Assembly (NCBI RefSeq): GCF_018350175.1
Contig: NC_058368.1
Location: 28,894,001-28,958,000 of the forward strand
Direction: 5' to 3'
DNA: 64,000 bases
Source: Felis catus
Lineage: Eukaryota
Shown here: piece after piece, positions 25,209 through 37,086 of the stretch
How positions within the stretch are numbered: the first letter of the stretch is position 1
How the letters are laid out: the number at the start of each line of letters is the position of its first letter
The notes under the pieces: generated by a model
Databases searched by the model: none
The model's input: only the letters and a program-made list of their open reading frames with translations
What the model was told of the DNA's origin: nothing
Program-made: the position numbers and the translations under genes

Positions 25209-25630
25209 CGCTTCAATCTCCATGTACACATTTTCTGAAGTAAATCTGGATTTGTGAAAAGCATGAGTGAGATTTAGTTATGCACAATGTAAGACAATTT
25301 TCAACAAAACACTCTTGACATGTAAATTTTATGAAAGTAAATGGACTTTAAAAATTATCAATCCTCTTAATTTCAAGTATATAATAAAACAGAACCATGG
25401 TTAAAATAGCCTGTGTATAGAAGGGGATGGTTTTAAGATAAAATCTTCAAAGAGACTCCCTTCTGCATTACATAATTGAAATATTTTCATAAAACCATCT
25501 ACTACTTTAAATTCTGTATTAAGGAAAACCATTTAGTATCTTTATGGTGTCTCTTAAGTATTTCAATATTGTCATCTTCCTTTCGGTTTACCACTATATG
25601 TTTTATTCCCAGGTTGTCAAGAAGCTGCTG

Positions 25631-25667
<37 letters not shown>

Positions 25668-25701
25668 ATCTTGAGCTGTTTACTGTTCTCTTTATTTCCA
25701 G

Positions 25702-25812
25702 AGTAATGTCATCCTCTTATTAGACACCACTAGCCGAGCCCTTCGACGTCTCATCCTCCCTTCCGAAGAGGTTACACCTAAGAAATCTTCCTGGTGGAAC
25801 AAGGAGGAAGCT
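25702..25812 (+). CDS. VWA8: VWA8 coding exon (about exon 30), 111 nt
   Basis: ttatttccag|AGT AAT...GAA GCT|gtaagg; SNVILLLDTTSRALRRLILPSEEVTPKKSSWWNKEEA. Confidence 0.94.
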
Positions 25813-26755
25813 GTAAGGAATACCCAACTTGTCCAGCAAGTTGCCAAGGACTTCTGTAGTTTTCTACCTTAAAGATGCATGCATGGCCATTCTTCTCAGG
25901 GCCTTTTATTTACAGCACAAGAGAATTCTCTTATTGTGCGCTTGTAGATTTTAACGCAATATGAAAAGACACTGATACACATATAAGTAAGACACTGATA
26001 CACATATAACTAACACCAATAGCTTTTTTTTGTATACATCGTATTCACATGAAGACTTGTCAGGACTGAGCTATAATAGTGATAGAGCTTCGTGGGCTTC
26101 TTGAGGGTGATATTCATGACAAATTCCTAATCATGCAGTCACTGAACTGTTTTTGAGTTAATATGTTTATGTTTTGGATTTATATGATAAACTGACAAGT
26201 ATGACACCCGAGTGCACCTACTAGATGAATAAACATTTGAACTTATTAACTAAATTAAACTAGTAAATAAGTTTCAGGCCAACCCAAGAGAATTTATTCT
26301 GCCATTCAGAGAAAGGTAATGGATATAAAATACGACTTACCTTCTGCCCTGCAATACATAAGTCTTAAAAGACCATGGAAAGAAAAAAAAAAGAGAGATG
26401 TTTTTAAATGCCGTAAATACATCCAAATCTACAAAAAGCAGTATTTCCTTTATGTCTATATTATGGTATAAATTCCACAGTTACTTGCCAGATAGCATAT
26501 TTATCTCTAACCAGTATTTGGCATTACTTTTTAAACTTTTATCCTAAAAGATGTTTTAGCACATAGTTCACAATAAATTTTGAATTGTATTTAAATCCAC
26601 ATCACCGTAAGAGCCTTGGAGTAAATAAAGAGGCGGCTTCTCACAGGATTACATGTTTTACATGTTGGAGAACTTTATTTAAGGGAAAGCAACTGAAGAC
26701 ACATGACTGCATCTCACACATTTAATGTGAATATTTTGTTTGGTTTTGTCTTTAG

Positions 26756-26820
26756 GAAACTTATAAAATGTGTAAAGAATTTTCGCACAAAAACTGGCTA
26801 GTATTCTACAAAGAAAATGG
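26756..26820 (+). CDS. VWA8: VWA8 coding exon (about exon 31), 65 nt
   Basis: gtctttag|GAA ACT...AAT GG|gtgagt; ETYKMCKEFSHKNWLVFYKEN(G). Confidence 0.94.
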
Positions 26821-27250
26821 GTGAGTGCTTTGCTATAGAAGATTTAAACTGGGATCCTGAGTTTGCCCATTCTGTTTCCTCATTTAATTATACTTGCTTA
26901 TTATAAAACCAATATAACCACATTACAAATATGCTATTGTAAAAGCAACTCATCCCACATTGCGAGAACATTTAAATCCAGACCTAAGAAAAGACAGTGC
27001 TCTTAATTTCAAAGTACCACCACTGCCAGCTTTGCGGTTATCAGCATCCATTATTTCTTCTTATGCATACCCCTACAGAGTTTAGAGTTTTATAGATCTG
27101 TTTTCTCAATTAACATTTCTCTTTATTATTATTTAGTCTTGAAAACATTCTCTTCAGGGTTGCATGAAGTATCATGAAATGACTGTGCCATTGTTACTCA
27201 ATCGTTACCCTCATCATTTCCTTTCAGATAGTTTTCTTCTCCTCTTTCAG

Positions 27251-27376
27251 GAACAGCCTGACTGTGCTGGATGTTCTCGAAGGGCGAACACACACCATCT
27301 CACTTCCCATCGACCTCAAGACAGTCTTCCTTGTAGCGGAGGACAAGTGGCTTCTGGTGGAGAGTAGAACACACCA
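27251..27376 (+). CDS. VWA8: VWA8 coding exon (about exon 32), 126 nt
   Basis: ctctttcag|G AAC AGC...CAC CA|gtgggt; NSLTVLDVLEGRTHTISLPIDLKTVFLVAEDKWLLVESRTH(Q). Confidence 0.92.
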
Positions 27377-28220
27377 GTGGGTGGATTTACGTAGCGTCTC
27401 ATAGAGCATTTACCCAGCATCCTTACTGTTCTGTCTTCCAGTCTGTCTTTTCACACACAGTTTCTGAATTTGGCATCTCTATAGGTGAAAGAAGAAGGGG
27501 AGGGAAAAAATGAAAACCAATTAAATATCACTTCACGGAGGAATCATGAAAGTGTTTCAGAGAATGACATTGAAATGAACAGTAGAAACATAATGACTTT
27601 TATGTCTGATCCATATTTCTTTGGATTTTTCCTATTAGTATATTGAGAATCCACTGTATTCTTACCAAACCAGAGATGCTTCAAAATAGATTTTTGATTT
27701 ATCCTCTCTTCAGAGGGTCATAGTCTCTGCCCTAGAACTGTTGCCTTTTTGGAACTTCACAGAATTCACCCCTTAGAAGTTTCTTCTTCATTCTATCTTG
27801 GTTGCTCTTACTTAGTTATGTTCATGTTTGTGTTGCCTGCCACCATTGGACTATATACACTTCTTGAAGAAAGGGCCATTATATGCACTTGACATAAATA
27901 GGGTGCACAGTAAATTTTAAGTCCCCCTCTCTCACACATTACCTCTACTGGCTAAATACAGACTCTCTCTTCCCCTCGGGTCACAAGCAGAAGTAGCCTG
28001 CTGCAAAAGATGTCTGCCTATTTATACATCCCTATTTTAGAAATCTTAAAAATAAGTAGATCAAGGGGATTACAGTGGTTACAATGGTTAGGGCTTCTGT
28101 CCCTCAGCTGGTCAGAAATCAGAGACCAGGCTCCCTCTTGACTGACTGACTGATGAAACAGTCATATCAATAGCGGGTCCCATGATACAGGGGTGGGGGT
28201 AGTTTCTCATTAGAATTGCT

Positions 28221-28253
28221 TTATTTATTTGTTTATTTATTTTATTATTATTA

Positions 28254-28293
<40 letters not shown>
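28221..28293. repeat. (TTTA)n/(TTA)n microsatellite
   Basis: Direct read. Confidence 0.9.
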
Positions 28294-28294
<1 letters not shown>

Positions 28295-28554
28295 TTTGCA
28301 GCCCTTCCTCTTACAGGAAGTGTTAGATTTTGGCTCATATTTATTAGTGCATTGTTATTATGTGCTGCTCCTTATACACAGTATTGAGAAGTTATTTGTT
28401 AATTCATGAGGTAACTCAGAAACTACAAATTTTACTCTGAATATAAAAAAGAAGCCTTGGGGGAAAGGGGTAGAATTCTGATTTTTCATAGTCTGGACTC
28501 ACAATTATTAAAAAAGAAGAACTTTTTTCACTTAGATGTTTTGTTTGTTTGCAG

Positions 28555-28664
28555 GAAATATCTTTTAACTAAGCCTGCACACATCGAATCTGAGGACAGC
28601 GGGGTTTGCCAGTTGTACGCATTGAAAGAGGAGCTGCCTAGCACAGGATTTGGAGTCATACAAG
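28555..28664 (+). CDS. VWA8: VWA8 coding exon (about exon 33), 110 nt
   Basis: tttgcag|G AAA TAT...CAA G|gtaaat; KYLLTKPAHIESEDSGVCQLYALKEELPSTGFGVIQ. Confidence 0.94.
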
Positions 28665-29084
28665 GTAAATCCCATGTTCTTTGTGTTTATGACTGTATGG
28701 GTACGTGCTTACAGTCCCCTAGAATCCTTTTAGAGCAGTAACATCAACATATGTTAAGTTCATACTAAAAGGGAAAGCTTAGTAACTACTTTAGAAATAG
28801 TAAATGAGAATCTACTCTTTTTTTAAGTTCTGTCATTGATTTTTCTAACAGAGAAATCAGAATTTTTATATACATTCAGGTGCCAAGTCTAATAGTCTTT
28901 TAGGGTAGCATCTTTTCTTTTTTTACACAGACCATTAGATGTCTACTTAATTCACCACAGTTTTGGGGGGTGAATAGTACTTATGGAAAAAATCTAAAAC
29001 ATACCATTACCAGCACTGGTTAGGGCAGTTTCACATCATTTCTTCAGGGTGCTATTAGTGATAATATGCATTGCTAATAAATTT

Positions 29085-29267
29085 TTTTAATGTTTATTTA
29101 TTTTATTTATTTTTTAATATATGAAATTTATTGTCACATTGGTTTCCATACAACACCCAGTGCTCATCCCAAAAGATGCCCTCTTCAGTACCATCACCTA
29201 CCCTCCCCTCCCTCCCACCCCCCCATCAACCGTCAGTTTGTTCTCAGTTTTTAAGAGTCTCTTAAGC
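29085..29267 (-). mobile_element. Short felid L1 3' end, same family as the full-length copy
   Basis: Close match to 19720-19869; approximate TSD gctaataaa(a)tttt on both sides. Confidence 0.9.
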
Positions 29268-29493
29268 GCTAATAAAATTTTGAATTCAGTAAATACTTGC
29301 ATTCACTTAGAGAAGACACCTTGACTGTAAAAATGGAGTTTTCTCAAACAAAAGGCCATGAATATAATTAAACTGTTTTCTCTTTTTTAACTTGTGCTTT
29401 TCTATTTGAGTTGGCAAGAATGAAATCTTGCAAAAATTAATTCCTGGAGCATTGTAGGGGCATATGGTATCTAATGTTTCTCTGCCACTGCAG

Positions 29494-29648
29494 AAACAGA
29501 TTTCAGCATACCTCATAAAATTTCAAGTGATCAACTATCATCTGAAAATCTAAGTTCAGCAGTGGGACAAAAGATTGCCTCTCCTAACCGAATTCTCTCA
29601 GATGAGACTAGTTATGCTACGGTTGTTGTCGGTTTCCCAGATCTCATG
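29494..29648 (+). CDS. VWA8: VWA8 coding exon (about exon 34), 155 nt
   Basis: ccactgcag|AA ACA GAT...CTC ATG|gtaagc; (E)TDFSIPHKISSDQLSSENLSSAVGQKIASPNRILSDETSYATVVVGFPDLM. Confidence 0.94.
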
Positions 29649-30934
29649 GTAAGCACCAGTATTTTCAATTATTTAATAGATGTTTTTTTTCTACTTGGTT
29701 TAGCCTCTAATCTATAAGGCTAGTTGAGGAGTGATTAAAAATGTAATGATATTCTGGTAAACATTTTAGATCAAGACTATATTCCAAATCAGTCATTAAA
29801 AAATGCATTCTACATAAAGAGTTTCATTGCTTTTTTAAAATTACCATTTATAGGGTAATGCAATTATATTGGTTCGTAAGGGAAAGCCCGTATTCTCTAT
29901 ACATGGGAGTTCATGTGATACAGTTAACTGCTTAACCTACTGATGGTAATTTTATATCATATTGTCTTGTTGTGTGCTCGTGTAATCTGTCAAGAGGAAC
30001 ATTGGAAACTTAACAAAATAACATGTCTTCCGGAATTTTTTAAAGTTAAATTTGTTGGGGTCTCATTACTGTCAATTAAATTTTTTCAACACTCACGAAC
30101 ATCTATTCACCTTCCGCTGAGTTTTGCTCTGACTTACTGTGTCTTTGCAGCATCCAGATTATGGTGATAGTCTCAACTTAATCTGCCTTAGATGGTCCCT
30201 CCTGCCATTACATACTGTTATGTGTAAAGAAGGGACTATTTGTAATTGACTTCAGGTGAAGCTAGGTCCCATCTTCCTCTGATGGAAATGTGGGAAAATG
30301 AAATATAAAGGTGATTTAAGTCCATGTTGCCATCTAATAACCTTAGAGGTAGCTCCATGTGTTTTGATTAAACATTTAATTTTCATAATTTCCTTTGTAG
30401 CTCTTATTTTTAAATAGAATCATTTAAAGATAAAAACATGGGCTCTGCATGATGGTACACCAATCTCACATAAGCTCAACTTTTTAATGTAATTAATGAA
30501 TGATGAGTACTTCAGGGTATAAGGCATTTGAAATCCAAAACCCAGTGGATAATATGTGGCTTAGGATTTTGCCATATGTCTTCCTAATTATCAAGGAGAA
30601 AGCATTTGCTATGGTATTATATAACTGAAAATGAAACATGTTGTTGGAATATAGTGTCTACTGCAGCCTTGACTGAATGAGAGTTGTGTTTAGTATGCTT
30701 TCTTAATGAGTGCTGTCATCAATAGAGAAAATGCTAGAGCTATTTTTCTGAAGGTGGAATCCTTTAAAATACTGATCTTCCAATTGAAGAAACTAGTATA
30801 GAAATGTAATGTCACTATAAAGATTTAGAAAGTAAAAGTATTTTACACTGAGTATAAGACACCATTTGTATTAACCTTATAGGAATCCTTTATAGCCTGT
30901 AGGACTAGTAACCTTATTAAATTAAAAGGTCTAT

Positions 30935-31027
30935 CCCCACTTCTCCCTCTCCTCTCTCTCTCTGCCCCTCCCCCCACTCAGGTCCTCTCTCTCCATCTCT
31001 CGAAATAAATAAATAAACATTAAAAAA
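30935..31027 (+). mobile_element. 5'-truncated Can-SINE (CT tract and tail)
   Basis: ctctctctgcccctccc...aaataaataaataaac; TSD aaaag(g/c)tctat. Confidence 0.8.
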
Positions 31028-31827
31028 AGCTCTATCTCCCCCTACTTAATATGGCACACAACATACAGGAGGTGTTCAGTGAATATTTGTTAAATGAAAG
31101 ACTAGGGTCAGTTAAGGAGCCTTTCAACATTTTATGGTAACAGTCATACCTTTTAGGACCTAACACAAAAGTCAGGCATTGCACTATTCTAAAACCTTTC
31201 ATGCATGATAATTAATTTTTAAAATAATTTTACAAGGTTTTATAGATGAAGAAGCAAACAGAGAAGATATATCTCCTGGGACACACAAATTATGGGTGAG
31301 GGAGCTGGGATTTGAAGTCAAGTGTGACTGACCCTCAAATCTGTATCCTTTCTCTTGTATCACAGTGCCTTCCTGCTTTTATGTGAGTTTCTTTTAATCC
31401 TTCATAAAGCTATCAATAAGGGGGTATGTCACCTCTCATTAACTTTTTATAGCATTATCAGAGGCACTTAAATTATTATAAGCTTATTATCACTTTCCTA
31501 ACTTCATGCCACATAGTCACAAAAACCTATAGCAAATATCATCCTCAATAGTGAAACACTAAAAGCATTCCTTTTCATATCAAGAATAACACAAGGATAC
31601 CCATTATCGCCACTTCTATTAAACATTGTACTGAGAATCTTAGACATAATCCATAACAAAATTTTTGATCAATTGAATTTCATCAAAATTTAAAGTTTTA
31701 GCTCTGTGAAAGACACTGTTAAGAGAATGAAAAGATAAGGCTGGGAAAAACTATTGGCAAATCACATTTCCAACAAAGGACTTGTATCTAGAACATATAA
31801 AGATTTCTTAAAACTCAAGAGCAAGTT

Positions 31828-31992
31828 GGAGCATCTGGTGGCTCAGTCGGTTAAGTGTCTGACTTCAGTTCAGGTCACAATCAGTTCAGTTCATGAGTTC
31901 AAGCCCCGCATTGGGCTCTGTGCTGACACTCAGAGCCTGCAGACTGCTTCAGATTCTATGTCTCCCTCTCTCTCTGCCCCTTTCCCGCTCAT

Positions 31993-32047
<55 letters not shown>

Positions 32048-32057
32048 ACAAAATAAA
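31828..32057 (+). mobile_element. Can-SINE nested in old L1
   Basis: Head, (CT)n, tail. Confidence 0.92.
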
Positions 32058-32695
32058 ACACCTCTAGAGCAAGAAAACAAATATTCCAATATAGAAAACG
32101 GGCAAATAGTGACCCAGTGTGAGGTATCAGAGGTCAGAGACTGAGCAGGTGAGGACATCCGTGATGGGGGAGGGTGTCGTCACTTGTGATGGGAATTCAC
32201 TCCAGGCAGGATGCAGACGGTGCCCATGAAGAAGTAGAAGTAACATGGTGTAGGCGCCCAAGTAAGGCAAGGAGGGCATCCTTTCATGAGCGTAGCCCAG
32301 TGTGGACTGTCAGGACCAAGGAGAGTAAGGAGGGCATTTGCCCAGGAAGGAAGGTTAGTAATGGGATGGGATATGAGTCACATACAGTAGAACCGAGCTA
32401 GAAAGTAAATATATTAAAGATAATGAAATCTAGTTTCTCATTAGAAGGGAGTTTCAGATAAAGACTAAAATGAATCTCGTTGAATTGGAATTGGATTTAT
32501 TTGTGTGAACTCACAGTTTTCAATATATTTAGATAGATATAGAAATAACTTTGGAGGTAAATGTGAAAAAAAAAGGGGGGGGGGGCAAAAGACTTAAACA
32601 GAGACTTTACCTAAGAGGATACAGAGATTAAGTACATGAAAAGATGTTCACCATCATTAGTCATTTAGGAAATGCAAATTAAAGTCATGATGAAA

Positions 32696-32950
32696 GGGAC
32701 ACCTTAACTGACGCAGTCAGTTAAGCATCCGACTTTGACTCAGGTCATGATCTCATGGTTCATGAGTTCAAGCCCTGCATTGAGCTCTGTGCTGACAGCT
32801 CAGAGCCTGGAGCCTGCTTCAGATTCTGTGTCTTCCCCTCTTTCTGCCTCTCCCCCACTCACACTCTGTCTCTCTCTCCTTCAAAAATAAATAAACATTA
32901 ATTTTTTACTGACAATAAATTATAATAAAAAAATTAAAGATAAAAAAAAT
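32696..32950 (+). mobile_element. Can-SINE nested in old L1
   Basis: Head and tail; TSD-like tcatgatga on both sides. Confidence 0.9.
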
Positions 32951-33855
32951 TTTTTTAGATCATGATGAGATACTATATACGCCTTTGAAATGGCTAAAAT
33001 AAAAAAAATACAGTAACAAGTGCTGACAAGGATACAGAGCAAATGCAACTTTCATACATTTTTATGGAAAAGCAAGGACAAGGAATAATCAAGACGTTGC
33101 TGAAGAAGAACCTACTAAATTTCAAGGTTTATTATAAAGCTTCAGTAACTAAGACAGTGTGTTATTGGCGTGGGGGAAGAAAAATAAATAAGAGAGCAGA
33201 ATGAAGTACCCAGCAACAGATGCATGCATATAGAGAACTGTATTTTATGATAGCAATGTTAATCAGTGCCATTTAGTATCTGGTGGTATTTGGACAATTA
33301 GCTATCCATGTGAAAAAAGGACGAATATGAATCCCTGCCTCATGCCATTCACAAAAATAAATCCCTAATGGGTTTAGGATTTAAATGTGAAAGACAAACT
33401 TTAAAATGTTTAGAGAATACATAGGAGAATGTCTATGATCTTGGAGTAGGAAAGGATAAATACATATTTGGTAAAAATTTGAAGTCAAGCAAGAGGGAAA
33501 AAATAACACAAAATTCCAGAAGAGTTATAAACATCTAGGGCAGACAGGAGATATGAATGGGATACAGCATTCAGGGACCTCAGAATGCTGGTAATGTCCT
33601 GTTCCTTATGCTAAAGAATGAATGAACCAGATATTTGTTTCATTTATTTCAAGGTAAAAAATATATATATATATGTTTTATGTTTCACATTTGCCTAAAA
33701 ATTATAATTATTGGTGAAGCAGCTATTGTCTACGCCAGATTCAAAAAGGTCAAGGAATAATTTGGTTTTCTTATACTTGTGAAATACAAGTTTACCACCG
33801 GTATCTGCTTAAAGGGCTGCATTGTAGCAGGTGTGGTGAATATAGTTTATAGTAC

Positions 33856-34217
33856 CATAGCCCCTTGAACAACAAGAGGGGATATAGGGTGCTGACCCCC
33901 TTCACACAATCACAACTCCACAAATATAACATCTGACTCCCCAAAACATAACTACTAATAGCCTACAGTTGACTGGAGGCCTTACTGATAACATAAATGA
34001 TCAACACATATTTTGTATGTTATATACATTACATATGTGCAATAAAGTGAGTTAGAAAAAAGAAAATGTCATTAACAAAATCATAAGGAAGAGAAAATAC
34101 ACTTATTGCAATTAAAGAAAGAAAATCATAAGGAAGAGAAAATACACTTACTGTAATAAAAATCCACATGTAAGTGGACCTTCACAGTTCAAACCTGTGT
34201 TGTTCAAGGGTCAACTA
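33856..34217. mobile_element. TcMar-Tigger MITE (Tigger2a-like)
   Basis: Inverted termini cccttgaacaac ... tgttgttcaaggg. Confidence 0.8.
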
Positions 34218-34254
34218 TGTTTCGGTACTTTAATCTTTTTTTTTTTTCTTTCAG

Positions 34255-34450
34255 TCACCCAGTGAAGTCTATTCTTGGAAAAGGCCATCATCTCTTCATA
34301 AACCAAATGTCACTGACACAACATTCTATGGAGGAAAGAAAACAAGTGAAAGTCCAAAGCAGAGCAATTGTGTGACTCTTTTAGATACTAATCAGATAGT
34401 CAGGATTTTGCCCCCAGGAGAAGTCCCTCTAAAAGATATCTACCCAAAAG
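34255..34450 (+). CDS. VWA8: VWA8 coding exon (about exon 35), 196 nt
   Basis: ttctttcag|TCA CCC...AAA G|gtaaga; [65 protein letters not shown]. Confidence 0.94.
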
Positions 34451-37086
34451 GTAAGAAACTTACCAATTCCTAATTTGCCAAAGTAGTAAACCTAGTTTTC
34501 TTTTGGTAGGGATATTTAACTTATCATTGTCATTCTGTATTTATAAATGTGGATAAGTCTACCAGGATCTAGCAGCTTAAAAAGTCCGAGGGGTGGGCTC
34601 AGAAAGTTTTCAGTCAGTTTCTCGCAGTCTCTGATTGAAGCCACTGCTGTTAGAACTCTTTTTCCTTTGCTTTATAATCTGTACAATAACTTAACTTAGA
34701 AGATGTATTCAAAGGGACTTTTAAAAATTCTTAGACTACTAGGCATAGAAAATGGGGCCCGACTTATGATGAAAGACCAGGGACTCATGCAGACTGATTC
34801 ACTTAGTAGTTCTCTCAAAGTCGTCTTATATTTATTACCGCAAGATATATGCCAGGTCCTGTGCCACTTTTCCTTATATACCTTTATTTAATCTTCAAAT
34901 CCCCATTCTGTCATCAGTGTACTCTCTAGCTTATATGCAGGGAAGCTGACAAAGGAAGGCAAGATGGCGTGCCAAGGGCCACAGCACCGATGGCTGGTAG
35001 AGCCCAGATCTGCACTAAGGTCTTCCTGTCCCAAGTCTAGAGCTACTTTTGCTGGACCACATAGGCTTTCATCATAATGGATAATTATGAAAATGTTTGA
35101 TCATTGAGCCACAGATTATTATTTGCATCGTAGTGGTAGTAATATGTTGTCGTAGTGGTAGTAATATGTTGTCCTGTGTTTACATTCATTATATCACCGT
35201 GAACTTAAGAACTATAATGCTACATGTATTATAATCTATTACTGGGTTTGGAAGTCCTGGTTATATGATAATATTTAGAATTCACTTCTTCCAAATAAAT
35301 CACCATTTCCTCAAAATGTTTTTTATGGTAGAAGAGGCAGGTAAAGAAAGTGACAGTCTCAGTACAGTGCCATGGTAGGAATACTCACAAGGTGATCTAT
35401 GAAAGGGGAAGCTTACAGTCCAGACTGGTGATGATGAGCTGACCCTTGAAAGGATAAATGGGATTGAATCAAATGAAGGAATTGTTTCAGGAACAGGGAA
35501 TCCTATGTGAAAGGTACAGAGCCATGAAGGCATCCCAGGAAATACAAGAAATTCTATACCAGAATTTAGTGTTATCTCCAACTACCCAGAAACCTGGGAG
35601 TCAGCCTTGATACTTCTTCTTCATCTTCCTCTCTATCTAATCCAATCACAAATCATCATGTCCTTTTGATACAGCCTGACTACTGTATTTTGTATCTACC
35701 CACTTGACTAGAGTTCTATTACCAACATCCAAATCACTGCCATCTTGCACCAGAATATTGCAACAGCCTCTTGAGAGTTTCCTCTTCCAACTCTTTCCGC
35801 ATCCTACCCATTCTCCACACATCAGACAGAGTGATATTTTTAAAGTATGCATTTGTTCTTATTAAGTTTCAGATTATACAGAGTAACATTCACCCTTTTT
35901 TGTATATAGTTCTGTGAGTTTGACAAACACATACGGTTGTGTAACCATCACCATAACTGAACAGAGGACAGTTCCATCTTTCCAGAACCACCCCCCCCCA
36001 GTGCTTCTTTGTGGTCAACCTGTCTACCTACTCCCTAACCCCTGACTGATCTGTTTCTGTCCTTACGGATTTGCCTTTTCCAGAATGTCATATAAATGGA
36101 ATCATATAGTATATGGTCTTTCAAGTCTAGCTTCTTTCACCCAATATCATGTATTTGAGAATCGTTTATATTGTTTTGTGTACCAGTAGTTCATTTTATT
36201 GCCAAGTAGTAACCTGTTGTGTATATGTGCATGCTTTGTTCATGCTTTGTTGGTAGATAGTTGGATCATTTCCACTTTTTGACAATAATGAATAAGCCTA
36301 CTCTGAACATTTATGCACAGATCTCTGAACATAAGTCTTTGCTTCACTTGGGTAAATACGTAGGAATGGCATTTTTACATTATATGATAGAACTGCCAAC
36401 CTGTGTTCCAAAGTGGCAATCATTTCACATTCCTACCAGCAATGAATGAGAGTTCTAGTTGTGCCTCCTCACCAGTTCTTGGTGTCATCAGTCTTTCCGG
36501 CAGGTGTGTAGCAATAGCTCATGATGATTTTAATTTGTATTTTCCCTAGTGCCTAATGATGTTGAGCATCTTGTCACATGTACCTTCTTTAGTGAAAGGT
36601 CTGACTGTTTGCCCTCAGGTTATTTGGTGTTTTTGATTGTTTGTTTATTTGTTTTAGGAGTTTTGTGTGTTCCTTATATATTCTGGATACAAGTCCACTA
36701 TCAGATATATTCTTTTCAAACATTTTCTGCCTTCTTGATGAAGGGAAAATCTTCCCTTCTAGAAATTTTATAGTTTTAGATGCTCCATTTTGAGATAATA
36801 TTTTTTTTAAATGGCACAAGGTATGGATTGAGACTCATAGTTTTGTATGGAGATACTCACTGTTCCAGCATCATTTGCTGGAAAACCTGTCCTTCTCCAT
36901 TGAATTGCAGCATTCGGACCTCTGCTGAAAATCAACTGACCACCTATGTCTGGGTCTGTTTCTGTATTTTGTATTGTGTTCCATTGATCTCTGTATCTAT
37001 CCCTTCACTAACAGCACAGTCTTGGTTATTTCCTAGCTTTGTAGTTTATAACGAGTGTCAAAATCAGGTAGTATAGATCCTCTAAC

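Larger units (their letters stand above)
19594..25220 (-). mobile_element. Young felid LINE-1 with its 5' terminus, ORF1, ORF2, 3'UTR and poly(A); antisense within a VWA8 intron
   Basis: Perfect 16-bp TSD CATGTACACATTTTCT at 19578-19593 and 25221-25236; poly(T) on + strand at the left end; two uninterrupted ORFs; CpG-rich 5' end. Confidence 0.98.
31505..33700 (+). mobile_element. Old L1M fragments (ORF2 and 3'UTR), rearranged, interrupted by two SINEs
   Basis: Degenerate ORF2 remnants (ANHISNKGLVSRTYK; atagcaaatatcatcctcaatagtgaaacact). Confidence 0.75.
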
